Assembly: GCA_035944695.1 (NCBI GenBank)
Contig: DASZBB010000160.1
Location: forward strand, 1 to 62,650
Reading direction: 5' to 3'
DNA length: 62,650 bases
Source of the DNA: Microvirga sp.
GTDB lineage: Bacteria; Pseudomonadota; Alphaproteobacteria; Rhizobiales; Beijerinckiaceae
The notes under the pieces were generated by a model. The model saw nothing but the letters and a program-made list of their open reading frames with translations, ran no database searches and was not told the DNA's origin. Positions 19,124-28,915 of the stretch are shown here, one piece after another. A program made the translations under genes and the position numbers. Position 1 is the stretch's first letter, and each line of letters starts with the position of its first letter.

Positions 19124-20364
19124 CTTTCGATCGGATCAGGGAGCGCGATCAGCCACAGGGTCGAGGCCAGGACGCCGAGGGCACCGGCCCACAGGATCGG
19201 CCGGATGCCGATGTGGTCGGCGAGCAATCCTGCCAGCAGGGCAGCCACCAGTCCGAGCCCGGTGCTGAGAAGATGCACGACTCCGCCCTCTCGCCCGCGC
19301 AGGGCATCGGGCGTCACGGTTTGGCGTAGCGTCGTCAGATTGGTGTAGAACACCACATAGAGCCCGTCCCCCCACAGCTGCGCCACGCAGAGCAGCGCCA
19401 CGGCCAGCCAGAGAGGCCCGTGCGCCAGCGGAATGAAGCTGATCACCAGCCCATACAGCACAAGCACGCCGATCAGCAGCGTGCGGACGGGGAAGCGCTT
19501 GCCGGCCCATGAGGCGAGCCGCGAGCCGATGACCGCGCTGATGCCGCCGAGCGCAATCACGAAGCCGAGAATGCCCGGAGGAATGGCGAGATCGCGCACC
19601 GCGTAAAGCACATAGAGCGGCGCGAAGAAGGACAGGAAGAACATGAGCGTGGAAAAGCACAGCGTCAGCGGCCTTAAGACCGGATGCGCGAAGACGAAGC
19701 GCAGCCCCTCGGCTGTCTCGCGCCACAGGTTCGGCGCGTGCTCGCCCGTCTCGAGCGGCATTTCCGGACGCCGGATCGAGCCGAGAAGAACGGCCGACCA
19801 GAGATAGGACAGGGCGTCGAAGAGAATGGCGAAGGGCGCGGTGAAGAGCTGAATCGCCACGCCCGCCGCGGCGGGACCGACGACCTCCGCGACCGCATCG
19901 GTGGTGGCGAGCTTGGTATTGCCGTCGAGGAGCTGATCCTGCGCGACCACGCTCGGCAGATAGGCGTTGTCGGCGGTCTGGAAGATCATGGAGAACAGCG
20001 CCACGACCGTGGCCACTCCCATGATCTGGCCGATGGAGATGGCATCGTGCCAGGCGGCAACCGGCAGGCTCATCAGGGCGGCGGCCCGGACGAGATCGGC
20101 CATGATGAGCACGCGGCGACGGCGGGTGCGGTCGATCCAGGCGCCGACGAACGGGCTTAGCAGGACCCCCGGAAGGGCGCTGAGCGCGATCAGCAATCCG
20201 AGATCCGTTGCCGTCGCGCCGAGCGACAAGGCCGCGATGATCGGCAAACCTTCGCGCGTGAACCGGGTTCCGATGGCGGACAGGCTTTGGGCCGCCCACA
20301 GGCGCAGGAAATCCGGATTGTCCCACAGACCGCCCCGGGGTCGGGTCATAAAGCCGGCTTTCAT
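19120..20364 (-). CDS. MFS transporter (DHA3/YbdA-like)
   Basis: FLRLWAAQSLS and GAWIDRTRRRRVLIMADL motifs; about 12 transmembrane segments. Confidence 0.85.
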   Translation of the reverse strand: MKAGFMTRPRGGLWDNPDFLRLWAAQSLSAIGTRFTREGLPIIAALSLGATATDLGLLIALSALPGVLLSPFVGAWIDRTRRRRVLIMADLVRAAALMSLPVAAWHDAISIGQIMGVATVVALFSMIFQTADNAYLPSVVAQDQLLDGNTKLATTDAVAEVVGPAAAGVAIQLFTAPFAILFDALSYLWSAVLLGSIRRPEMPLETGEHAPNLWRETAEGLRFVFAHPVLRPLTLCFSTLMFFLSFFAPLYVLYAVRDLAIPPGILGFVIALGGISAVIGSRLASWAGKRFPVRTLLIGVLVLYGLVISFIPLAHGPLWLAVALLCVAQLWGDGLYVVFYTNLTTLRQTVTPDALRGREGGVVHLLSTGLGLVAALLAGLLADHIGIRPILWAGALGVLASTLWLIALPDPIES

Positions 20365-20373
20365 GGAGAGACG

Positions 20374-20910
20374 CTATCGGATCGGCCGGGTCGGCGGATC
20401 CGCCATGCCGCGCCCGAGCGGGCGCTGCATCAGCACAGTGGAGAGCCAGCGCCCGTGCTTGTAGCCGATGCCCTTCAGGATCCCGACGGGCTCGAATCCC
20501 ATGCTCCGGTGCAGGCCGATGGAGCCCATCGATTCCTCGTCGCCGATCACCGCCACCATGAGCCGGAAATCCTGCGCCTCGCAGGCCTCGATCAGGGCGG
20601 CCAGCAGCAGCCGGCCCACGCCCTGCCCCTGTGCGGACGGGGCGACGTAGATCGAATCCTCCACGGTGGAGCGATAGGCCGGCCGCGTGCGGTAGGCGCC
20701 CGCATAGGCGTAACCCAGGATCGCGCCGTCCTTCTCGGCCACGAGATAGGGATAGCCACCCTCCAGGATCGCAGCCCGGCGGCGTGCCATCTCGGCGATG
20801 TCGGGAGGATCGAGCTCGAACGAGGCGGTGCCGTGCGTCACCGCATGGGCGTAGATCGCCGTGATGGTGTCGAGATCGGATTCGGACGAGGGGCGGATGA
20901 GGATGCTCAT
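20374..20910 (-). CDS. GNAT N-acetyltransferase (YncA/phosphinothricin acetyltransferase-like)
   Basis: HGTASFE, YRTRPAY, SIYV..QGQGVG and GYKHGRW motifs. Confidence 0.9.
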   Translation of the reverse strand: MSILIRPSSESDLDTITAIYAHAVTHGTASFELDPPDIAEMARRRAAILEGGYPYLVAEKDGAILGYAYAGAYRTRPAYRSTVEDSIYVAPSAQGQGVGRLLLAALIEACEAQDFRLMVAVIGDEESMGSIGLHRSMGFEPVGILKGIGYKHGRWLSTVLMQRPLGRGMADPPTRPIR

Positions 20911-21016
20911 GACGTTTCACTAAAACACATTCGCGCCGAGACGGAATGGCATTTCTGATTGGGAAGACTGTCTTTTCCTCCCCTTTTCGCCTTAGCATGG
21001 GCCTCATGAGAAAGGC

Positions 21017-22528
21017 ATGCCCGTGAACGAGTTCAGCCCAGGCAGGGCGGAGCCATCCACCGTTTCCAGGACCCGGACCATCGTGGTCTGGACCGCGATC
21101 CTGGCGTCCAGCATGGTCTTTGCCGACGGGGCCATCGTGACGGTGGCGATGCCGCAGATGCGCGAGAACCTGCAGGCGTCGCTCGCCGAGATGCAATGGG
21201 TCACCAATGCCTATGCGCTGACGCTCTCCGCCTTCCTGCTGCTGGGCGGCGCGGCCGGCGACGCCTATGGCCTGAGACGCATTTTCATGATCGGCATCGC
21301 GTGCTTCGGCCTGACCTCCCTGTGGTGCGGCCTCTCCGAATCGGCCGGGATGCTGATCGCAGCACGGGCGTTCCAGGGGATCGGCGGTGCCCTGCTGGTG
21401 CCGGGATCGCTCGCCCTGATCAGCGCCCATTTTCCGAAGGACGCGCGTGGCAAGGCCATCGGCACCTGGGCGGCGGCCTCCGGCATCGCCGCGGCGCTCG
21501 GGCCGATCCTCGGCGGCTGGCTGATCGATATGGGCCCCTGGCAGGCGATCTTCTGGATCAACCTGCCGCTGGCGGCTCTGGCGCTCTGGCTGTGCTGGCG
21601 GCATGTGCCGGACATCCCGGTCATGGGGGAGACCGCGATGGACTGGCTGGGCGGCGCTCTTGCTGTCGTGGCTCTCGGTCTCCTGGCCTATGGGCTGACG
21701 GCTTTGGGCGAGCGGGAGAGTCACAAGGGCGTGGCGACGCTGCTGACGCTCGCCGGCGGAGGGGCGCTGGGCCTCTTTATCAGGCACGAGAAGCGCTCTG
21801 CCGCGTCGATGATGCCCCTCGACCTGTTTCGCGTCTCCGCCTTCGCCAACGTCAACGCTCTGACGCTGCTGCTCTATTTCGCCCTGAGCGGCGCCCTGTT
21901 CTTCCTGCCCACCGCCCTGATCGAGGCCCATGGCTACTCGGCCGCCCAGGCGGGCTCGGTGTTCCTGCCCTTCACCATCGTGATGGCCGCTCTCTCCCGG
22001 CTCGGCGGCGCGATGACCGATCGGTTCGGCACCCGGATGCTCCTCACGACAGGCCCGCTCGTGACGGCCTTGAGCTTCGCGCTCCTGGCCCCGGCCGTGT
22101 TTCACGGCGGCTATTGGCTCGCGATCATGCCGGTCATGGCCGTCATGGGGCTGGGCATGGGGATCACGGTCGCGCCGCTCTCGACGACCGTGATGAATGC
22201 CGTCCCGAACGAGCGCATCGGCGTCGCCTCCGGCATCAACAACGCGGTCTCCCGCGTCGCCGGGCTGATCGCCGTCGCCGGATTGGGCGTCGTGGCCACG
22301 TTCGGTTATCGGCAGGCCGTCCGATGGGCGAACCCGGAACGGGCGGATCTCTTCGGGCAGGCGACCTTCGGGGCGCTCCCACCCTCCTCCTCGCCGTCCG
22401 AAACCCTGCAGGCGCTCTACACGACGGCCATGATCGGCGGATTCGGGGGTGTGGCCGTGATCTGTGCCGCTGCGGCTGCCGCAAGCGCGTATTTCGGCTA
22501 CCGCTCGGCACTTCCAGGACAGGGATGA
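21017..22528 (+). CDS. MFS drug-resistance transporter (DHA2, 14 TM)
   Basis: QWVTNAY, GDAYG, ARAFQGIGGAL and GPILGGWL..WQAIFWINLP motifs. Confidence 0.88.
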   Translation: MPVNEFSPGRAEPSTVSRTRTIVVWTAILASSMVFADGAIVTVAMPQMRENLQASLAEMQWVTNAYALTLSAFLLLGGAAGDAYGLRRIFMIGIACFGLTSLWCGLSESAGMLIAARAFQGIGGALLVPGSLALISAHFPKDARGKAIGTWAAASGIAAALGPILGGWLIDMGPWQAIFWINLPLAALALWLCWRHVPDIPVMGETAMDWLGGALAVVALGLLAYGLTALGERESHKGVATLLTLAGGGALGLFIRHEKRSAASMMPLDLFRVSAFANVNALTLLLYFALSGALFFLPTALIEAHGYSAAQAGSVFLPFTIVMAALSRLGGAMTDRFGTRMLLTTGPLVTALSFALLAPAVFHGGYWLAIMPVMAVMGLGMGITVAPLSTTVMNAVPNERIGVASGINNAVSRVAGLIAVAGLGVVATFGYRQAVRWANPERADLFGQATFGALPPSSSPSETLQALYTTAMIGGFGGVAVICAAAAAASAYFGYRSALPGQG

Positions 22529-22535
22529 TCCAAAC

Positions 22536-22564
22536 AAAAGCCCCGGCCTTTCGGCCGGGGCTTC
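22536..22564. terminator. Rho-independent terminator between convergent genes
   Basis: AAAAGCCCCGGCC-TTTC-GGCCGGGGCTT; U-tract on the minus strand after yccA. Confidence 0.85.
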
Positions 22565-22587
22565 GTGATCACGCGATCCGCTCGTCC

Positions 22588-23370
22588 TTACTCGTTGCGG
22601 TTGCCCACGAGAGCGAGGAGGAACTGGAACATGTTGATGAAGTCCAGATACAGCGTCAGAGCGCCGAACACGGAGGCCTTGCCGGCAGCCTCGGAGTCGA
22701 AGTTGCCGTAGAGATACATCTCCTTGAGCTTCTGCGTGTCATAGGCCGTGAGGCCTGCGAAGATCAGGACGCCGATCACGGAGATGCCGAACTGCAGGAC
22801 GCTCGACGCGACGAAGATGTTCACGATCGAGGCCAGGATCAGGCCGACGAGACCCATGATCAGGAACGAGCCCATACCGGACAGGCTGCGGTTCGTGGTG
22901 TAGCCCCAGAGCGACAGCGAGCCGAAGGCCGCCGCCGTGATGAAGAACACCTGCACGACGCTCGCGCCGGTATAGCGGATGAGAAGCGTCGAGAGCGAAG
23001 CGCCCATCACCGCCGCGAAGGCGAAGAAGGTCGTGCGCGCGGACGCCGCCGACATCCGGTCCATCCGGAACGAGAAGAAGAAGATGAAGGCCAAAGGCGC
23101 CAGCGCCACGATCCACATCAGGGGCGAGCCGTACAGCGTCGCGCCGAACTGGGTCAGGCCGACACCACCCATCCGGGCGACCGCCTGAGACGGATCGCTC
23201 GTGGTGGCGAGCATGTTGATGCCAAGGGCGACCAGGGCCGAGATGGCCAGGCCCAGGACCATGTTGTTGTAGACGCCGAGCATGAAGGCGCGCAGGCCCT
23301 GGTCGACCTGAGCCGCCGTCCGGGCAAAGCCGGTGCCATAGGCGTGTTGGTTTTGCTCATACGGTTGCAT
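22588..23370 (-). CDS. Bax inhibitor-1 / YccA family membrane protein
   Basis: From MQPYEQ: DQGLRAFMLGVY, LTAYDTQ and ALTLYLDFINMF motifs. Confidence 0.92.
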   Translation of the reverse strand: MQPYEQNQHAYGTGFARTAAQVDQGLRAFMLGVYNNMVLGLAISALVALGINMLATTSDPSQAVARMGGVGLTQFGATLYGSPLMWIVALAPLAFIFFFSFRMDRMSAASARTTFFAFAAVMGASLSTLLIRYTGASVVQVFFITAAAFGSLSLWGYTTNRSLSGMGSFLIMGLVGLILASIVNIFVASSVLQFGISVIGVLIFAGLTAYDTQKLKEMYLYGNFDSEAAGKASVFGALTLYLDFINMFQFLLALVGNRNE

Positions 23371-23458
23371 CGGAGTCCTTTCTCGCGGTGTCCCGTGTGT
23401 TCCCTCGAAAGGCTGGAGAGTCAGCCCTCGGCCGCCGCGAATGCCGGCGACATGCAAA

Positions 23459-23487
23459 ATATGAGGGGGCGGCCTGCGTTCCGCAAG
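23459..23487 (-). promoter_or_regulatory. Putative RpoH promoter of the yccA-like gene
   Basis: Minus strand CTTG-N18-CTCATAT. Confidence 0.6.
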
Positions 23488-23599
23488 GGGGAGGCCAAGC
23501 TTCAAACGTTCGTGAAGAAAGAAAAAATGAGGAGCAGAGTTCCTGCTGCTCCTCACTTCATTTCGGACGCTCCTTTATAGCGGCGCGCGAGGATAGAAC

Positions 23600-23615
23600 G
23601 TTAAAGGTTTCTTAA
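23600..23615 (-). promoter_or_regulatory. Consensus CtrA binding site
   Basis: Minus strand TTAA-GAAACCT-TTAAC (TTAA-N7-TTAAC), overlapping the permease stop codon. Confidence 0.65.
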
Positions 23616-26189
23616 GTAGAGGGCCGGTTTTTGACTTAGGATCCGCCAGGTTCCCACGAGGCCTAGACCGACGCTCACCAGAACGGCGAGCGCAGAGGCC
23701 AAGACGGCTCCCGACAGGTCTAAGGTAAAGCTTAGGTTCATCACGCGGGTGATGATGAAATAGGCCGCGAGCGTTCCCGCCAGCAATCCGAACACCGCCG
23801 TGGCAAGGCCGAGAAGACCGTATTCGAGCGCATAGGCCGAGAGCAGCCGGGTCCGGGTGGCGCCGAGCGTCTTGAGCACCACCGCATCGTAGAGCCGCGC
23901 CCGGTGGCCGGCCGCCAGGGCGCCGGCGAGAACCAGGAGGCTCGCGATCAGCGCGATGGAGCTGGCGCCGCGGATCGCCATGACGAGCTGCGAGACCACG
24001 TCGTTCACCGCCTCGAGGGCATCCTTCACCCGCACGCTCGTGACCATGGGGTAGGCCTGGGCGGAGCTTCGCAAGATTCGGGCATCGAGCGCCGCATCCG
24101 AGCCGTTCGGGAAGGTGACGGTGGCGAGATGCGTGTGCGGCGCGCCGGCAAAGGCGTTGGGCGAAAACACCATGACGAAGTTGATCCCCATGGAGCGCCA
24201 TTCCACCTCGCGCAGGTTGCCGATGGTGGCGCTGATGTTGCGTCCAAGCACGTTGACGGTGATCTCGTCGCCGATCTTGAGCCCGAGACCCTCGGCGATC
24301 TTGCGGTCGAAGGAGACCAGCGGCCGGCCGCGGTAGTTTTCGGGCCACCATTCGCCCTGCACCACCTTCGAGCCTTCCGGCGGCTTGGCCGCATAGGTGA
24401 TGCCGCGATCGCCTTCCAGCACCCAGGACACGTCCTCGGGCGCCTTGACTTCGGCCACCGGCCGTCCGCCCAGCGTCACGAGACGTCCGCGCATCATCGG
24501 CACGCGCTCGATCTGGGCTTCGGATGCCTGACTCTTCAGGAAGCCCTCGAAGGAATCCGCCTGCTGGTTCGGGATGTCGAGGAAGAAGAAGCTCGGCGCG
24601 CGCTCCGGCAGGCTCTGGGTGAGCTGGCGGGTGAGATTGGTGTCGATGAGCGCGAGCGTGACCAAGAGCGTGATGCCGAGGCCGAGCGACAGCACCAGCG
24701 AGGGCGTGAGCGCACCCGGCCGGTGGATGTTCGCGAGCGCGAGCCGCCCCGCCGTCCTGCGGGGACGCGGCAGGCGGCGGGCGAGCGCCATGATCCCGAG
24801 CGCCACGAGACGCAGGAGCAGGAAGGAGCCTGCGGCGGCAGCCACGAACATGAGGGCAATGCGCCGGTCATAGGCCGCGAGCAGGGACAGCCCCACAAGC
24901 GCCGCAACGGAGAGCGCCAGCGCCGTCAGGTAGCGCTTGCGCGGCCAGCGCCGCTCGGGGTCGATCTGATCGCGGAACAGGCCCGACACCGGCACGTCGT
25001 GGGCTCTTCCTAAAGGAGCGAGCGCGAAGACCAAGGCCGTGAGCACGCCGTAGAGCAGCGCGATGCCGAGTTCGCTCCAGGCGAGCGTCGGCTGGATCGG
25101 GATCGGCAGGAGATGGCCAAAGAGACCGGTGACCACGAAGGGCAGGACGGCCCCGAAGGCGAGGCCGATCCCGATCCCGACGAGCGCGATCAGCATCACC
25201 TGCGTGAGATAGAGCAGCACCACCTGCCCGCCGGGAGCGCCGAGGCTCTTCAAGGTTGCGATCGAGGCGCGCTTGCGGTCGACGAAGCCGCGCACCGCAT
25301 TGGCGACGCCCACGCCGCCGACGAGGAGCGCGGTCAGGCCGACCAGCGTAAGGAATTGGGTGAAGCGCTCGATATTGCGGGCAAAGCGGGGATCGGCGTT
25401 GAGGCGGGTGCGGATGTTCCAGCCGGCCTCCGGCAGGACGCGGTTCGCCTCCGCCTCGATCTGCGTCAGCCCCTCCTCGGTCGATCGCTCGGCCGGCAGG
25501 GTGAGCCGATAGGTCCAGCGCACGAGGCTGCCGGGCTGGACGAGACCGGTGGCCTTCAAGGCATCCTGCGACAGCAGGAGCCGCGGCCCGAACCCGATTC
25601 CGTCGGCGATCTTGTCGGGTTCCGAGACGAGGCGGGCCCGCAATTCCACGTTGGCCGCGCCCACCGTGACGCGATCGCCCACCTTCAGGTCGAGACGGGC
25701 GAGCAGCGCCGGATCGACGGCGGCCCCGAAGGCACCGTCGCGCTCGGCGAACAGGTCGGCCGGGGGCAACTGCGGATCCGTTTCGAGCGTGCCGACCGTG
25801 GGATAGCCCCCGTCGACCGCCTTCATCTCCACGAGTCCGGAGCCCTTCTCGCCGGCCACCGCCATGGCCCGCATGGTGGCGATGACGTTGACCCGGCCCT
25901 TCGATTCGAGGAAGGCCCGCTCGGGCGCCCCGGCCTCGCGCTGGAGCAGGGAGAAGGCCATGTCGCCGCCGAGGATCCGCCGGCCCTCGCGGGAGATGCC
26001 TTCGGTCAGCGAGCGGGACAGGGACGAGACGCTGGCGATCGCCGCCACGCCGAGCGCGATGCAGGCGAGAAAAATGCCGAATCCTCTCAAACCCCCACGC
26101 AGCTCGCGAAAGGCAAGGCGCAGCAGGAGAGGCAGACGCGACGCGGAGGCGGGACGTCGCTGCGGCGTGGCGGGAAGGGAGCCGTGCAT
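23601..26189 (-). CDS. ABC transporter permease, YbbP/FtsX-like
   Basis: 862 aa; LRLAFRELRGG, IATLKSLGA, duplicated FtsX-like domains and VLKTLGATR. Confidence 0.9.
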   Translation of the reverse strand: MHGSLPATPQRRPASASRLPLLLRLAFRELRGGLRGFGIFLACIALGVAAIASVSSLSRSLTEGISREGRRILGGDMAFSLLQREAGAPERAFLESKGRVNVIATMRAMAVAGEKGSGLVEMKAVDGGYPTVGTLETDPQLPPADLFAERDGAFGAAVDPALLARLDLKVGDRVTVGAANVELRARLVSEPDKIADGIGFGPRLLLSQDALKATGLVQPGSLVRWTYRLTLPAERSTEEGLTQIEAEANRVLPEAGWNIRTRLNADPRFARNIERFTQFLTLVGLTALLVGGVGVANAVRGFVDRKRASIATLKSLGAPGGQVVLLYLTQVMLIALVGIGIGLAFGAVLPFVVTGLFGHLLPIPIQPTLAWSELGIALLYGVLTALVFALAPLGRAHDVPVSGLFRDQIDPERRWPRKRYLTALALSVAALVGLSLLAAYDRRIALMFVAAAAGSFLLLRLVALGIMALARRLPRPRRTAGRLALANIHRPGALTPSLVLSLGLGITLLVTLALIDTNLTRQLTQSLPERAPSFFFLDIPNQQADSFEGFLKSQASEAQIERVPMMRGRLVTLGGRPVAEVKAPEDVSWVLEGDRGITYAAKPPEGSKVVQGEWWPENYRGRPLVSFDRKIAEGLGLKIGDEITVNVLGRNISATIGNLREVEWRSMGINFVMVFSPNAFAGAPHTHLATVTFPNGSDAALDARILRSSAQAYPMVTSVRVKDALEAVNDVVSQLVMAIRGASSIALIASLLVLAGALAAGHRARLYDAVVLKTLGATRTRLLSAYALEYGLLGLATAVFGLLAGTLAAYFIITRVMNLSFTLDLSGAVLASALAVLVSVGLGLVGTWRILSQKPALYLRNL

Positions 26190-26199
26190 GGTCGTCTCC

Positions 26200-26898
26200 T
26201 CACGCCACGGTCGAGGCCGGTGTGGCCTCCACCTGCCCCGAGCGCAGGCGCACCATGCGGTCGCAGAGGCGGGCGAGGTTGAGATCGTGGGTCACGAGGA
26301 CGAGGGTGGCGCCGCGGTCGCGCTTGAGGGTGAAGAGCAGGTCGATGATGGACCCGCCCGTGTTCTCGTCGAGATTGCCGGTGGGCTCGTCGGCCACGAG
26401 GATCGCCGGATTGGGCACGATGGCGCGGGCGATCGCCACGCGCTGCTGCTCCCCGCCCGAAAGCTGCGCCGGATAATGATACAGGCGATGGCCAAGGCCC
26501 ACGGCCTGCAATTCCGCCTCGGCCCGCGCGAAGGCCTCGTCGTCGCCCGCGAGTTCGAGCGGAAGGGCTACGTTCTCCAGCGCCGTCATGGTGGGAACGA
26601 GATGGAAGGATTGGAACACGATGCCGATCCGCCTGCCGCGAAATCGGGCCAGCGCATCCTCGTCCAGGCCGGACAGATCGGTACCGTCGACGATCACCTT
26701 GCCCGAATCGGGACGCTCCAGGCCGGCCATGGTCATGAGCAGGGTCGACTTGCCCGAGCCCGAGGGACCGATCAGGCCCACCGCCTCGCCTCTGTCGACA
26801 TCGAGGGAAATGCCCTTGAGGATATGCACCCGTGCGGCCCCGCGCCCGAGGCTCAAATCGACATCGTGCAGCGCGATGGCCTTGTCCTGCATGCCCAT
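26200..26898 (-). CDS. ABC transporter ATP-binding protein, YbbA-like
   Basis: GPSGSGKST, LSGGEQQR, DEPTGNLD and VTHD motifs. Confidence 0.93.
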   Translation of the reverse strand: MGMQDKAIALHDVDLSLGRGAARVHILKGISLDVDRGEAVGLIGPSGSGKSTLLMTMAGLERPDSGKVIVDGTDLSGLDEDALARFRGRRIGIVFQSFHLVPTMTALENVALPLELAGDDEAFARAEAELQAVGLGHRLYHYPAQLSGGEQQRVAIARAIVPNPAILVADEPTGNLDENTGGSIIDLLFTLKRDRGATLVLVTHDLNLARLCDRMVRLRSGQVEATPASTVA

Positions 26899-26964
26899 TC
26901 ACCCGATCTGTTGGAAATTCTGACGTTACCCGGTTCTAGTCCGGTAGAGATGGGAAGCCTATCG

Positions 26965-27627
26965 ATGAAGCGCCAATCCGGCCCATTCATGACGATCATT
27001 TTTGCGTGTGCGGCGGCCCTTGCCGCCATGGTCGCCCCGCTGTCCGCGGCCCAGGCGCAGGGCCGGACGATCCGCCTCGTGGCCCTGGGTGACAGCCTGA
27101 GCGCCGGCTACAACCTGCCGCAGGAGGCGGCCTTCCCGGTGGCGCTGGAGAAGGCCCTTAAGGCCAAGGGCTACAAGGTGGAGGTGGCCAATGCCGGCGT
27201 ATCCGGCGACACCACGTCGGGCGGCCTCGACCGGCTCGACTGGTCCGTGCCCGACGGCACGGACGGGGTGATCCTGGAGCTCGGCGCCAACGATATGCTG
27301 CGCGGGCTCGATCCGGCCGGCACCCGCAAAAACCTCGAGACCATCGTCGAGCGGCTGAAGAGCCGCAACATCCCGGTGATGCTCGCGGGCATGTACGCCT
27401 CGCGCAATCTCGGGGCGGATTACGTGCAGAAATTCGACAGCATCTATCCGGACATTGCGAAGAAGCACGACCTTGTGCTCTATCCCTTCTTCCTGGACGG
27501 AGTCGTGGGCGAAAAATCCCTCAACCTGCCCGACGGGATGCACCCGACGGCCAAAGGCGTGGAGATCATCGTCGAGCGCATCCTGCCCAGCGTCGAGAGC
27601 TTTCTCGCCCGTCTTTCCCAGCGCTGA
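26965..27627 (+). CDS. tesA: Arylesterase / acyl-CoA thioesterase I (SGNH hydrolase)
   Basis: Signal peptide; GDSLSAGY, NAGVSGDT, LGANDMLRG and DGMHP motifs; divergent from ybbAP as in E. coli. Start codon uncertain. Confidence 0.88.
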   Translation: MKRQSGPFMTIIFACAAALAAMVAPLSAAQAQGRTIRLVALGDSLSAGYNLPQEAAFPVALEKALKAKGYKVEVANAGVSGDTTSGGLDRLDWSVPDGTDGVILELGANDMLRGLDPAGTRKNLETIVERLKSRNIPVMLAGMYASRNLGADYVQKFDSIYPDIAKKHDLVLYPFFLDGVVGEKSLNLPDGMHPTAKGVEIIVERILPSVESFLARLSQR

Positions 27628-27691
27628 TCGTCGTCAGCGCCTCATTCTCGCCTGAACGCGGCGGATCATGTCCCCGCGAGGAGCTTACCTG

Positions 27692-28735
27692 ATGGAATAC
27701 CGCCGCCTCGGCCGCACGGATCTCAATGTCAGCCTCATCTGTCTCGGCACCATGACCTGGGGCCAGCAGAACACGGAGGCCGACGGTCACGCGCAGATGG
27801 ATTATGCCCTCGACCAGGGCGTCAACTTCTTCGACACGGCCGAACTCTATTCGATCCCGCCGCGCCCGGAAACGCAGGGCTCCACCGAGCGGATCATCGG
27901 CTCCTGGTTCAAGGCGCGGGGTTCGCGCGACAAGGTGATCCTCGCCACCAAGGTGATCGGCCGCTCCGACAGCACCTGGTACCGGGACGACGGCTCCAAG
28001 GGCGAGCTCTCGCGCGCCCAGATCGAGGAGGCCGTGAACAAGAGCCTGAAGCGGCTCCAGACCGACTATATCGATCTGTATCAGATCCACTGGCCCGACC
28101 GCCCCATGCCCTGGGGCTCGAACCCGACGATCTTCCGCCATCAGGAGGGCGAGTCCCATCCGATCGGCGAGACGGTCGAGATCATGACCGACCTGGTGAA
28201 GGCCGGAAAGATCCGCCATTTCGGCCTCTCCAACGAGAGCGCCTGGGGCACCATGACCTTCCTCAAGCACGCGGACGCCAAGGGCCAGGCCCGCGTGCAG
28301 TCGATCCAGAACGCCTACAACCTCCTCAACCGCACCTACGAGGTGGCGCTGGCGGAGGTCTCCATGCGCGAGAATGTCAGCCTGCTTGCCTATTCGCCGC
28401 TGGCGCAGGGGTATCTTACGGGCAAGTATCTCGACGGGGCCCGCCCGCCGGGTGCCCGCACCACCCTGTTCAACCGGGGCCAGCGCTACGAGAACCCCAC
28501 CGCCGAGGCGGCCATCCGCAAATACATCGCGCTCGCCAGGGAATTCGGCCTCGATCCGGCCCAGATGGCGCTGGCCTTCGTCAATTCCCGCCCGTTCCTC
28601 GGGTCGAACATCATTGGCGCGACCTCCATGGAGCAGCTGAAGACGGATATCGCCTCGATCAACGTGACGATCACGCCGGAGCTTGAGGAGCGCATCGACG
28701 CGATTCACGTCGAGCATTGCAATCCGTGCCCGTGA
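27692..28735 (+). CDS. Aldo/keto reductase (Tas-like)
   Basis: CLGTMTWGQQN, FDTAELY, IDLYQIHWP, GLSNE and LAYSPL motifs. Confidence 0.92.
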   Translation: MEYRRLGRTDLNVSLICLGTMTWGQQNTEADGHAQMDYALDQGVNFFDTAELYSIPPRPETQGSTERIIGSWFKARGSRDKVILATKVIGRSDSTWYRDDGSKGELSRAQIEEAVNKSLKRLQTDYIDLYQIHWPDRPMPWGSNPTIFRHQEGESHPIGETVEIMTDLVKAGKIRHFGLSNESAWGTMTFLKHADAKGQARVQSIQNAYNLLNRTYEVALAEVSMRENVSLLAYSPLAQGYLTGKYLDGARPPGARTTLFNRGQRYENPTAEAAIRKYIALAREFGLDPAQMALAFVNSRPFLGSNIIGATSMEQLKTDIASINVTITPELEERIDAIHVEHCNPCP

Positions 28736-28748
28736 GATCAGGCTCTCT

Positions 28749-28838
28749 CGTCATGGCCGGGCTCGTCCCGGCCATGACGATCCTGTGAAGCGCGGCGCTC
28801 TTCCGATCGGGATCACCGGCACAAGGCCGGTGATGACG
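28749..28838. repeat. REP-like element (family A)
   Basis: CGTCATGGCCGGGCTCGTCCCGGCCATGACG...ATCGGGATCACCGGCACAAGGCCGGTGATGACG. Confidence 0.85.
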
Positions 28839-28915
28839 TCCAGGAATGTTCCACCCGGAACAAACACCTCTCACCAATCGTCTCAATCGACACCAGCTGC
28901 CTCGGGAGGTGCCGC

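Noticed and set aside
19136-22537. 1133-aa minus-strand ORF and other long Arg/Gly/Pro-rich ORFs (e.g. 21196-23580, 6040-8073, 2967-4475)
   Set aside because: Alternative-frame artefacts of high GC; they overlap well-supported genes and have no motifs.
25864-26964. Long N-terminal extension of the TesA ORF (587 aa)
   Set aside because: Antisense to ybbA/ybbP; the signal peptide begins near 26965-26989.
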